Both the position numbers and the translations under genes were made by a program. Shown here one piece after another: positions 13,701 through 25,700 of a stretch of DNA of 64,000 nt. The stretch spans positions 250,234,001 to 250,298,000 of the forward strand of contig NC_086097.1 of assembly GCF_963921235.1 (NCBI RefSeq), read 5' to 3'. Within the stretch, counting starts at the first letter, position 1. The number at the start of each line of letters is the position of its first letter. The notes beneath the pieces were generated by a model. That model worked only from the letters and a program-made list of their open reading frames with translations, searched no databases and was not told where the DNA came from. Origin of the DNA: Mobula hypostoma (taxonomy: Eukaryota).

Positions 13701-16700
13701 ATTGGAAGTGGCTGCTTTGGGAACTAAATGTTAAAAGATAACAGCTCCTGGAACTCTGAAATAAGTTGGGAATACTCAGCAAGCCAGACAGCGCGGATGG
13801 AGAAAATAGAAGCGTTTAGTTTCAGAATGATAAACTTTAATTTTGGTTGCAAAAAAAACTTAGAATAGAGAGAGAAGCAACAAAAGGAATGTGTGTGACC
13901 AGGAGGGACAGTTAGAATGTAGACTCAGTGGCCACTTTATTAGATGTAGCAGTGGACCACTGTGTCGCCTTCTGCTGTTGTAGCCCATCCACTTCAAGGT
14001 TTGACATGTTGTGCATTCAGAGATGCTCTTCTGCTGTAACCCGTGGTTATTTGAGTTACTGTCACCTTGCTGTCAGCTTCAACCAGTATGGACAGTCTCC
14101 TGTGACCTCTCTCACTAACAAGAGATTTTTACCCACAGCACCTCTGCTCATTGGATTTTTTGATTTGTTTTGTTTTGCACCATTCTCTTAAACTCTTATT
14201 TTCAACCTCTCACTGCTACGGGTGGAGGTTCCCACTTGCTTCAAAAAGGCACCAGTTATACCAGTGCCTAAGAAGAACAAAGTGAGCTGCCTTAATGACT
14301 ATCGCCTGGTAGCACTCACATTGACAGTGATGAAATGCTTTGAGAGGTTGGTCATGACTAGACTGAACTCCTGCCTCAGCAAGGACTGGACCCATTGCAA
14401 TCTCAATGGCTCTTCACAGAGCTTTAGACCACCCAGACAACACAAACACCTTTGTCAGAATGCTGTTCATCGACTAGCTCAGCATTTAATACTATCGTTC
14501 CCACAATCCTGACTGAGAAGTTGCAGAACCTGGGCCTCTGTACCTCCCTCTGCAATTGGATCCTCAGCTTCCTAACCGGAAGACCACAGTCTGTGTGGAT
14601 TGGTGATAACATATCATCCTCGCTGACGATCAACACTGGTGCAGCTCAGGGCTGTATGCTTAGCCCACTGCTCTACTCTCTATATACACATGACTGTGTG
14701 GCTAGGCATAGCTCAAATACCATCTATAAATTTGCTGACAATACAACTATTGTTGGTAGAATCTCAGGTGGTGATGAGAGGGCGTACAGGAGTGAAATAT
14801 ACCAACTAGTGGAGTGGTGTCACAGTGGCAACCTTGCACTCAATGTCAGTAAGACGAAAGAGCTGATTGTGGACTTCAGGAAGGGTAAGACAAAGGAACA
14901 CATACCAATCCTAATAGAGGGACCAGAAGTGGAGATAGTGAGCAGTTTGTGCGGATCTAACCTGGTCCCAACATATTGATGTAGTTATAAAGAAGGCAAC
15001 ACAGTGACCATACTTAATTGGGAGTTTGAAGAGTTCTGGCATGTCAACAAATACACTCAAAAACTTCTATAGATGTACCGTAGAGAGCATTCTGACAGGC
15101 TGCATCACTGTCTGGTATGGACGGGCTACTGCACAGGACAGAAAGAAGCCGCAAGGGTTGGAAATCTAGTCAGCTCCATCTTGGGTCCTAGCCTACAAAA
15201 TACCCAGGACATCTTTAGGGAGCGGTGTCTCAGAAAGGCAGCGTCCATTATTAAGGACCTCCAGCACCCAGGGCATGCACTTTTCTCACTGTTACCATCA
15301 GGTAGGAGGTACAGAAGCCTGAAGGCTCACACTCAGCGATTCAGGAACAGCTTCTTCCCCTCTGCCATCCGATTCCTAAATGGACATTGAACCCTTGTGT
15401 GATGAACAGGGCCATATCCACTACTTTTAATAGGATTTTCTATTCAAGAACATTGGTGTTAGTCTGTGATGCATACTCTTCACTGCACACCTATAGAAGT
15501 TTGTCGAAGTTTTAGACGTTATGCTGAATCTCTGCAAACTCCTAAGGAAGTTGAGGCATTGCCATGGTTTCTTCATAATTGCACTTACATCAAAACCATG
15601 GTCAAAGTTACTTGGGATCACGTTTCTTCCCCATTCTGATGTTTGATCTGAACAATAACTGAACCTCCTGACTATGTCTGCATGCTTTTATGCATTGAGT
15701 TGCTGCCGCACGATTGGTTGATTAGATATTCACATTAATGAGCAGGTGTACCTAATAAAGTGGCCACGGAGTGTAGGTTGACCTGATGTCAGGGTGAAAG
15801 TTACCCATTTTCCCCTGTTCAAATTCTTTTCATAAAGTCATCATAAAAGTGGTGATCACAAATAACCGGCTGAAAATGTATAAATTTGGCTGTCTCTGCT
15901 GTTGGACAATTAATAATCACCTTGCTGACTCTGCGGTTCATGTTACGTGTGTTTCTGGTTTCTGCTGTTTGCCTGATTTGGTCGGGGTGCCTCGATGTGG
16001 ACTGGCTCTGCAGTGCGAAGCCAATGAGCGAATTTGCGCTTAATTTACCTGAACTGAACACTCCTAGACCATTTGATATTTAGATGTTTGGCATTCTGTG
16101 TATTATTTAGCTCGCTTGATGCCACTTGTGCGATTAATTTCTTTTTCCCCGTGCTTCCAGTGTTTGATGTTTTCTTCGAACTGGTCCCATGCTGTTTCCT
16201 TGTTTCATGGCCGCCTGCGGAAGGACAAATCTCAGTTGTATACTGTATACGTACTTCGATAATAAATGTACTTTGAATCTTTGATACTGAGTGGCAGAAG
16301 AGGTTTTTGTTTCAGTTTGATGAACTTTTGACTAGACTGGAAAAGAGTTAAAAATTTTAAATTGCAGTGAGGGCAAGAATAAACCGGGTGTGTGAGACCA
16401 TTAGAAACTGTTAGAACATAGGTTGAGGGGGGTTCTACCCAGGGTGAGGAGGGGTCTGGCCATGATGGGGGTGGGGTGGGGTCTGCCCATGGTGAGGGTG
16501 AGGAGGGGCTGCCCTGGCAGGGAGATAATTACCTTCATTTCTTTAAATATTGTCAATATCTGCTCCCTAGAATTGCTTGGATGTCTGAAATTGAAGATTA
16601 ACCTAAGCGGTGGTAGAAGCAACGCAAATTATGGTTGAATAGGCTGGGACTTTATCCCTTGGATGTTGCCAGGAGCGGTGGTAGAAGCAACTCAAATCGT

Positions 16701-19700
16701 GGTTGAATGGGTTAGGACTTTATCCCCTGGAGTGGAAGGGAATGCCGGAAGATTTGATAGGGGTGTCTCAGGATTAATAACCAGCATATGTCGTGCAATT
16801 GTTAACTTCACAGCAGCAGTGCAAGACAGTACATAATAAATATGTAAATATTGAGGAAAAAACTGAGTTACATTAAGTGTACGTATGTTTATTGAATAGT
16901 TAAAATAAGTAATACAGAATAACAGAAGCAGTGAGGTAGTGGTCATGGGTTCAGTGTCCATTCAGAAATCAGATGCAAGAGGGGAAGAAGCTGTTTCTGA
17001 ATCATTGAGTGCGTGCCTTCAGGCTCTGTACCTCTTTCCCGATGGTAATAATGAGAAGAGGGCATGTTCTAGGTGGTGGGATCCTTCATGATCAATGCCG
17101 CCTTCCTAAGGCACTGCTCCTTGAGGGTGTCTTGGATATTACAGGGGCTGGTACCCATGATAGAGCTAATTAATTTAACACATTTCTGCAGCCTATTTCA
17201 ACCTTTCCCTGTAACTCATTTTTTTTAAAAAGAAAAGTAATTTGAGTTTATTAGTTAGACCAGTCTTGGGTTTGAGGGTAAAAACTGCTTTAATGGGCAG
17301 GGGGTTTGGGAGCAGAGGACCTGGAACTGGAGACACACTTTCAACTGCAGTTAATGAACATATTACGTACACATGGATATCATGTCTGTGATAGGCTGAC
17401 AAGGACAACTCTGATTCTAAATGCGCGCAGAGCGAGCTTGTTATCTTTGCTAGGCAGGTCATCCAGGAGAAGGGAAACTCTGATACCAAACCCTTTGAGG
17501 TGTCAAGGTGTGATGTACACTCTGGACGTGCAGAGAGCCTGGGTCCATGGACATGTCTTGAGTGGCCATCAAATGTGCCCCAGCCCTGGGAAAGTGGCCC
17601 TCTGCGCGGTGAGTCCGCCTGGGGGGAGATGAAGACTAAGGGACTAAACCCTGATAGCACATCTGGAGTGGAGCACCTAAGACAGCTGGATGGCAGACTG
17701 TGTCTTCTCCTGGCAACTCCTGCAGCTGCGCTTGTACCAGATTGTAATGGTTCTACCTTTCCTTTGGATTATATCAGCAAAGGCCAAGAGGGGGACCTTG
17801 ACTCCATATTAGCTGCTCGTGTCTGTAGCGCCCCAATGAGGTCGCCAGATTTCAGTGCAACATGGGAAGTTGCAGTTCCTGGTTCTAAGCTCACAACAAT
17901 TGGTGTTGTCAGTGTGGAAGAGACTGTCACTCCAGAGTGAGATTCCTCAGCCACTCTAGGAACTGCACCACCACACGCTGACCTTCCCTGTGTGCTTTTG
18001 AGACAGGAGGATGCCAAATAATATTTATTAAATTCATCAGTTTCTGGTCTCAGTAAAATTAATTATAGGTACACTTTCAGGAATAGAACTATCCAATCTT
18101 AATAAACTGTTATTTAAACTGATTTAAAGTTTTGTAGTTTGACTGCACTTGAATTTGGTGGATAGTAGGCAGCCATCAATCCCAGGGTGGGAAGATTTGA
18201 AGAGCCGGCTGTTGCCCATGCAGCGGGTTCCCCCTGTCCACATCACTGATGTAGTCCAGGGAAGGGCAAGCACTGATACAGTTTGGCTGTCATCACAAGA
18301 GGTTGCCAGAGTGAAGTCGTCAACCCCGGCTCTGGATTTCTTACTTCCAAAGCCTTTCCCATGGGTGGGTAAGGCTGCAAGGCAGTGGGGGTTTAAAATC
18401 AGAGTTTTCCTTCTCCTAGGCGGGCTGCCGTCCAAGGCTGACGAGCCCCACCTGCTGGTTTTGAGGCGCCAGTGGTCCGCCTTTGCTCCTTCTCTTGTCA
18501 GTAGAAACATTTCCGCCGGGCCTAGTAGCTAAGCCACACGTGAAGGCCAAGGGTTGGACTTGATTGTCAGAGGCTGTTAGAGTCACACGCCATTTGGAGT
18601 GTTTTACAGGTAGTGGGAGCTTATCCCCACTACCAGCCCTGGCTATGACAACCTTAGGAACCAACTTGGTGAAGCCACAGTACATACAAGTATGTTTTCT
18701 GATTTCAAGCTGTGATTTTGAGTTTATGTGTGGACTAACATCAAGTAAACCCTGATTCATGATTTGCAAGATATCCTATTTAACCAGTGTAACACACACA
18801 GAATGCTAGAGGACCTCAGCAAGTCAGGCAGCATCTGTGAAGAATTCAATATTTCAGGCTGAGATCTTTCATCAGGACTGGAAAGGACAGGGGAAGCAGT
18901 GCAACCTGTGAGGTGATGGGTGAAGCCAGGTTGAGGGGAAGGTAGGTGTGTGGGGGAGTGGGGATGAAGTAGGAAGCTGGGAGGCGATAGGTGGAAGAGG
19001 TAAAGGAGGAATCTGATAGGAGAGGAAAGTGGACCATAGGAGAAAGGGAAGAAGGAGGGGCTGCAGAGGCAGGCGATTGGGGGAGGGGTGGTGAGAAGAA
19101 GGGGTAAGAGGGAAGTGAGGATGAGGAATGGAGAAAGAGAAGAAAGAGGGAGGGTTGAGAAGTTATCGGAAGTTAGAGGAATCGATGTTCACGCCTTCCA
19201 GTGTTACTCCTCCAATCTGGGAGTAGCCTCCTCACGGCAACGGAGGAAGCAATGGACCAACATTTTGGAATGGAATGGGGTTTGAACCACCAGGAAATCC
19301 TCCCTGTTGTGGACATGCTTTATTCGGTGGTTTACTTTCACTCTTTGGAGAATATGGAGGTGATCTGGCCATTTTCATTACGTAAAAATTGGAAGAAATG
19401 TCACTATCTCTTTTTAAATGAGACCATAAGACACAGGAGCAGAATTATGCCATTCAGACCATTGAGTCTACTTTGCCTTTCAATCATGGCTGATTTATTA
19501 TCCCTCTCAACCCCATTCTCCTGCCTTTTACCCATAACCTTTGACTCCCTCACTAATGAAGAACCTCTCAGCCTCTGTTTTAAGTGCACCCAGTGACCTA
19601 GCCTCTACAATCGTCTGTAGTAATGAATTTCACAGATTTACCACCCTCTGGCTAAAGAAGACCCTGCCCATTTCTGCCCTTAAGGGACGTCCTTGTACTG

Positions 19701-22700
19701 AGGCTGAATAATGACAATGAGTTTTCTTCCTGACTCTCTCCAATGCTAGCACACCCTTTCTTAGTTGCAGGATCCAAAACTGCTCACAATACTCCAAATG
19801 TGGTCTGACCAATGCCTTATAAAACCTCAGCAATACATCCTTGCTTTTATATCCTAGCCATCTTGAAATGAATGGTAACTTTGCATTTGCCTTCCTTGCC
19901 ACAGACCCGACTTGCAAGTTAACGTTTAGGGAATCCTGCACTGGGACTGACAAGTGCCTTTGCTTTTCCAAATTCTGAAATCTCTCCCCATTTCTATCAT
20001 TTTTGATTGTAATATTAATAATTCTTTGAACAACAATCCTAAATTAAAATTATACCTTCTTTCAAGTCTTCAGGGTATACAGTAAATGAAGTTGTATTTC
20101 AGTGAGATATTTCTTACTTGCCACCTTGATGATCATCTGCCGCCAACATGGACCGAACTGCTTTCCTGTTGAGCCACACATCTTCAGAATTGGTCCCGAC
20201 TCCTGATCTTGTGGCTCAGTGAGTTTGCAAAGGAATGAGATTATACCAGAGAGTATCAGCTCTCCTGACCGGACAAACCTTATGACCCTCTGCCCCATCC
20301 CCTCGGTCGGTAAAGATATCTTTCCTCACGCAGGCAGGAGAGAGGGTCTGTTTGAGTCTACCTTCCTTAGGCGGTGATAGAGGCCACAGGAGGAAATAGT
20401 CTACTTCGGGTCAATTCAGCTGCAGCTCAGCCCCTGTCCATTGATATTTATGCCAAAGGACAGCCCGGAGACAGAGAGAGAGAACGCGGAAGAGACATGG
20501 TGGAAGATGAACAGAATGTGTGACAGCAGGGCCACTGAAACTGGGTTCAGTAAATAGTGTGAAACACATTCATTGCTGACATGTCGGGAACGAGGTCTCC
20601 GAATGGGTCAGAGCACAGACAGCACAGAGATAATATCAGGATGGGGCAGGAGATAGCAAATACGAGAAGAAAAGCAGAGAGAAAGGTGCGAAATAAATCA
20701 ACAGAGCAGTTAATAAAGGAAACATTTATAAAGGAAGCCCTCCATTGGAGCTTAGAAAAGTAGAGGGCAATAGGTAGCCCTAGGTAATTTCTAAGGTAAG
20801 GACATGTTCGGCACAGTTTTGTGGGCCGAAGGGCCTGTATTGTGCTGTAGGTTTTCCATGTACCAAAAGAACATCTGCAGGCACTCTGACCTCTGCAAGG
20901 GACTGGCAGCTGTTGGTGGACCTCGAACGGCAGCTGAAGTTCCCCAACCATATCGCAGCCACCACCCTATGACCAGACATTGTCCTAGTGTCTGAGTCTA
21001 CTAAGCAAATGGTGCTGCTGGAGCTGACAGTCCCATGGGAAGATAGCTTGGAAGAGGCCTTTGAAGGGAAGCTCTCCAAGTACGCAGGACTGGTCAGCAA
21101 CTGTCAGCAGGCTGGATGGAGAGTGAGGTGTCTCCCAGTGGAGGTTGGTTGTAGGGGATTCGTAGCCTGTTCTTTAGTTAGAGCCTTCAGCATTTTGGGC
21201 ATCGAGGGAGAGGAAGAGGAGAGCCATCCGCAGTACCACCGATGTGGCAGAGAGGGCCTCAAGATGGCAGTGGCTCAAAAGGGGGAAGCTATGGAGTCAT
21301 AAGTAGCTAGCCATCTGGACACAAGCTGGGGTCTGATCAGCCCCGGCTGGGTCACCTGGAGGAGGTTGCATGATGTTGAAAGACCCGAAACACCCGATGA
21401 TTCCAGGAACATCACTGAAGATTGTCCAGAAGCATCAATAGATGTATGTACACAGCTGTTTCTATGTTTCCCAACCTGGGGTTCACAGACCCATTTGCTT
21501 AATAGTATTGGTCCGTGGCATAATAAAGGATAGGAACCCCTGATCTAGGCCAAATTGTACTAAATGAAAGACACGAGGAAATGCGCTAGATTTGTGCCAC
21601 AACTTTGCTTTGAGCCTTGCAAATCTATTTGTCCTGCTCCAGAAATCTGTTAGGTCAAAGTGGTTGTTGGAAGAAGAAGCTAGAAGGCCTCATTAGGAGA
21701 TCGGAGATGGAGAGGGTCAGTAACTTTAAATTTCTTGGGGTTATCATATCAGAGGATCTGTCCTGGCACCATCACAAAGAAGGCACGATAGTGCCTCTAG
21801 TTGCTTAGAAGTTTGCGTAAATTTGGCATGTCTTCTAAAACTTTGGCAGACTTCTATAGAATCACAGTGGTTGCATCACAGCCTGGCACAGGAACCTTGG
21901 GTCCCACACCACTAATTTCAGGAACAGTTATTACCCCACAAACATCTGGCTCCTAAACTAGTGTGACTAATTTCTCTCTCAATGTTGAATTGACTCCACA
22001 ACCTATAGACTCACTTTCAAAGTTTCTACACCTCATGATCTCATTATTATTTATTTATTGATTGTTATTCGCACAATTTGTCTTTTGCACATTGGTTGTT
22101 CGCCTTTGCATATAGTTTTGCACAAATTCTATTGTATTTCTTTATTACCCTGCAAATCCCTGCAAGAAAATGAATTTGTAGGTAGTATATGGTGACATGT
22201 ATATACTTGGATAATAAATTTATTTTGACTTTGACTTTGGAGGGTGGAGGACAAAGATGGCCTGTCTGGGGTTAAGAGGACTGTCTGTGTGGGAGGGTGG
22301 GAGGGAGGAACGGGGCTTGTTTTGCTGTTGTTGTTTTGTTGCTTCTTGTGTTCTGTGTTGTTCTGCTGAGCATTGTGGGCCTGCTGTATTGGAGCCGGAA
22401 TGTGTGGCAACTCTCTTGGGCTGTCTCCAGCATGTTGTTGGCTTGTGCTGGTCCATGCATTTCACTGTACGTTTCGAAGTACATGTGATAAATAAATCTG
22501 AATTTGAAACTTTGTTTTTTGAAAGGGAAGCATTGAGAGTTAATGAAGATAATACTGAGGTAAAAATAATTATATTAAGTAATGAATCATGTAGCCTTAT
22601 TAAAGAGGTAACACAGTCTTATTAGGGAAGGATGGAGTGAGCTTTATTTGACTTGTGTTTTATTGGCGCTTTGCTTGAAATGTTATGGTATTTTATGTTT

Positions 22701-25700
22701 TAATGTTTAGCTGACTGAAAATCTTCGGCACATAGACAGAATTGTTGGGCAGCTAATGGATGGTCTCAAACAGAAGAACTTGCACCGTTGTGTTAACATC
22801 ATCTTCCTTGGTGATCACGGTAAGACACTTCATTGGCTGAACTCTTGGGTGTTGAAATTTTAATTTGCTTTCACAAGCGAGAGAAATGAAAATAAAACCA
22901 CAGGTTTTCACTGCTTCTTTCTTGCTGTTCACAGCTAATTAAATGTTAGCAACTGTCAGGTGTGAAAAATGGAGAGCACAAGCTAATGGGTTGAGAATCA
23001 GGTTTAATATCACTGACACATGTCATGAAATTTCTTGTTTTACAGCTGCTGTATAGTACAATGCATGAAGATTACTATAAATGACAATAACATGCAGTGT
23101 ATACTCAGTGGCCACTTTATTTTGCACACCTAATAGGTACACCAATATCTTCTGCTGCTGTAGCCCATTTACTTCAAAGTTCGGCATGATGTCCATTCAG
23201 AGATGCTGTTCTGCACCCCACTGTTGTAACGAGTGATTATGCTAGTTACTGTCACCTTGCTGTCAGCTTGAACCAGTTCGGCCATTTTCTGACCTCTCAA
23301 TCACACCTGAGCTTCTTGACCATGTCAGCATGCTTTTATACATTGAGTTGCTGCATCGTGATTGACTGACTAGATCTTGTATTAACAAACAGGTGTACAG
23401 ATAATAAAGTGGCCACTGGCGTATGTGGTGGAATTTAGATTGGATTAGATTAGATTATGAGGACACTCAGTCCTTGTTTATTGTCATTTAGAAATGCATG
23501 CATTAAGAAATGATACAATGTTCCTCCAGAAAGATATCACAGAAACACAAGACAAACCAAGACTAAACTGACAATATCACATAATCATAATATATAGTTA
23601 CAACAGTGCAAAGCAATACTGTATTTTGATAAAGAGGAGACCATGGGCACGGTAAAAAAAAAAGTCTCAAGTCCCGATAGCCCCATCATCTCACGCAGAC
23701 GGTAGAAGGGAGAGACTCTCCCTGCCATGAACCTCCAGCACCACAAACTTGTCGATGCAGCACCAGGAAGCACTTGACCACAGCCCACTCTGAGTCCGTC
23801 CGAAAACCTCGAGCCTCCGACCAGCCCTCCGGCACTGAGCACCATCTCTCCGGAGTGTTTTGACCCCACCCCGGCCGCCAAGCAACAAGCAAAGCCGAGG
23901 ACTGGGGGCCTTCCCCTCCGGAGATTTCGGATCACACAGTAACAGCGGCAGTGAAGCAGGCATTTCAGAAGTTTCACCAGATGTTCCTCCGTGCTCTCAC
24001 ATCTGTCTCCATCAAATCAGGATTGTGCACAGCACCCTCCTTGACAGATAACAGATATCATTCACCGGTGTGGCCACTGCAAGCTGCGTCACGCCTCCAT
24101 CTTCTCCCCTCCATGTTGTTTTGCGGCAGTGGTATGGTGCAATACATAAAAATTATGATGAATTGCAATAAGAAAATATATATTGTATATATAATTAAAT
24201 AAGCAATGCAAAAACGAGTGGAAAAATAGTAGTTGTGTTCTGCTACAGAGACTTCAGCATGTAAAACTGAGCCTATGCTCCAGTGCCCTGTGCAGTGGTG
24301 GGGGTGTGGCTGCCTCTTCTGATACGTCATTGTGATATGTTGCGATGTGCCTGTGTTCGAAAGAGATTCAGTGGCAGTGCGGTAGAGCAGAGCAAGAGTT
24401 TTCCCTAGTGCCTTGCTGTGTATTTATCCTTCACTCAAAATCACTTAAGGTTTGACTTTACCCTTTGACAAGGACACCTTTGAAAAAGGGTGGTGGGATG
24501 GAGATATGTCTCCACCAAAGAACGTGTAATGTGTTCCTTCCCTTCCTTCCCTCCACTAGCCTGCAGTTCATTCCTGGGCAAGGTGTAGCACCTGCTTAAC
24601 GACACCCCCCCCCCCACACACACAATCAGGGTCACGTGAAGCCATGGGGGCAGGTGGTGGATGGTCGTATGAGCAGCCGCAAATCCTGGTTATGTGACCA
24701 CTGACACCAGGCAGACAATCTCTGAAGGGTATTGATAATGGCTGGGGTCACCCATCATTGCCACTCAGAAGGTGACAATGGCAAACCTCTTCGGTAGAGA
24801 AATTTGCCAAGATCAATCATGGTCAAAGACAGTGATCACTCATGTCATATGACAGAGCACACAATCATGATGACCTCATGAAATCCCACAGGCGTGTGTG
24901 TGTGTGGACTGAGTACAATTTTGTGGTGTACTTCAATCAAATGACATGAGAGGGCAATGTCTTTCACCTTCTCTCAAAATGGCTACTAGAGTGAGCACTT
25001 TCATGTAACACAATAAATGACCTACAACTATTGATTCACGTCTGTCCTGTGTGAATCATAAGACATAGGAGCAGATTTGGGCTAATTGGCCATCGAGTCT
25101 GCTTCGCCATTCCATCATGGCTGATTTATTATCACTCTCCGCTCTATTCTCCTGCCTTCTCTCCGTAACCTTTGACATCCTGACTAATCAAGAACCTATC
25201 AACCTTTGCTTTAAATATACCCTATGACTTAGCCTCCACAGCTATCTGTGGCAATGAATTCCACAGATTCACCACCCTCTGGATAAAGAAATTCTTCCCC
25301 ATCTCTGTTCTGAAGGAACATCCTCCTATTCTGAAGCTGTCTCCTCTGGTCTTAGACTCCCCCACTATAGGAAACATCCTTTCCACATCCACTCTGTCAA
25401 GGCCTTTCAATATTTGATTTAGGTTTCAATGAGATCCCACATCATTCTTCTAAACTGCAGTAAGTACAGGCCCAGAGCCATGAAATACACCTCATAAGTT
25501 AACACTTTCATACTCCGGGTCCCAAACTCTGTCACTAAAACAAGTCATCTGGTGTCCTAGTTAAATGTCATCTGGCCAATAGTAAAGGGAATAAAATTGT
25601 GCAATAATTGTTAGAATTATTGGTGTTAGTATGTTGGCGCGTGGCCAAGTGGTTAAGGCATTGTTCTAGTGATCTGAAGGTTGCTAGTTCGATTCTCAGC

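Noticed and set aside
17270..18660. Long overlapping ORFs (127-155 aa) as host genes
   Set aside because: No recognisable protein; the sequence looks like non-coding RTE-related repeat material and the family could not be assigned with confidence
20062..20298. Nested antisense gene (78-aa ORF)
   Set aside because: No recognisable homology or convincing exon structure; the length is expected by chance
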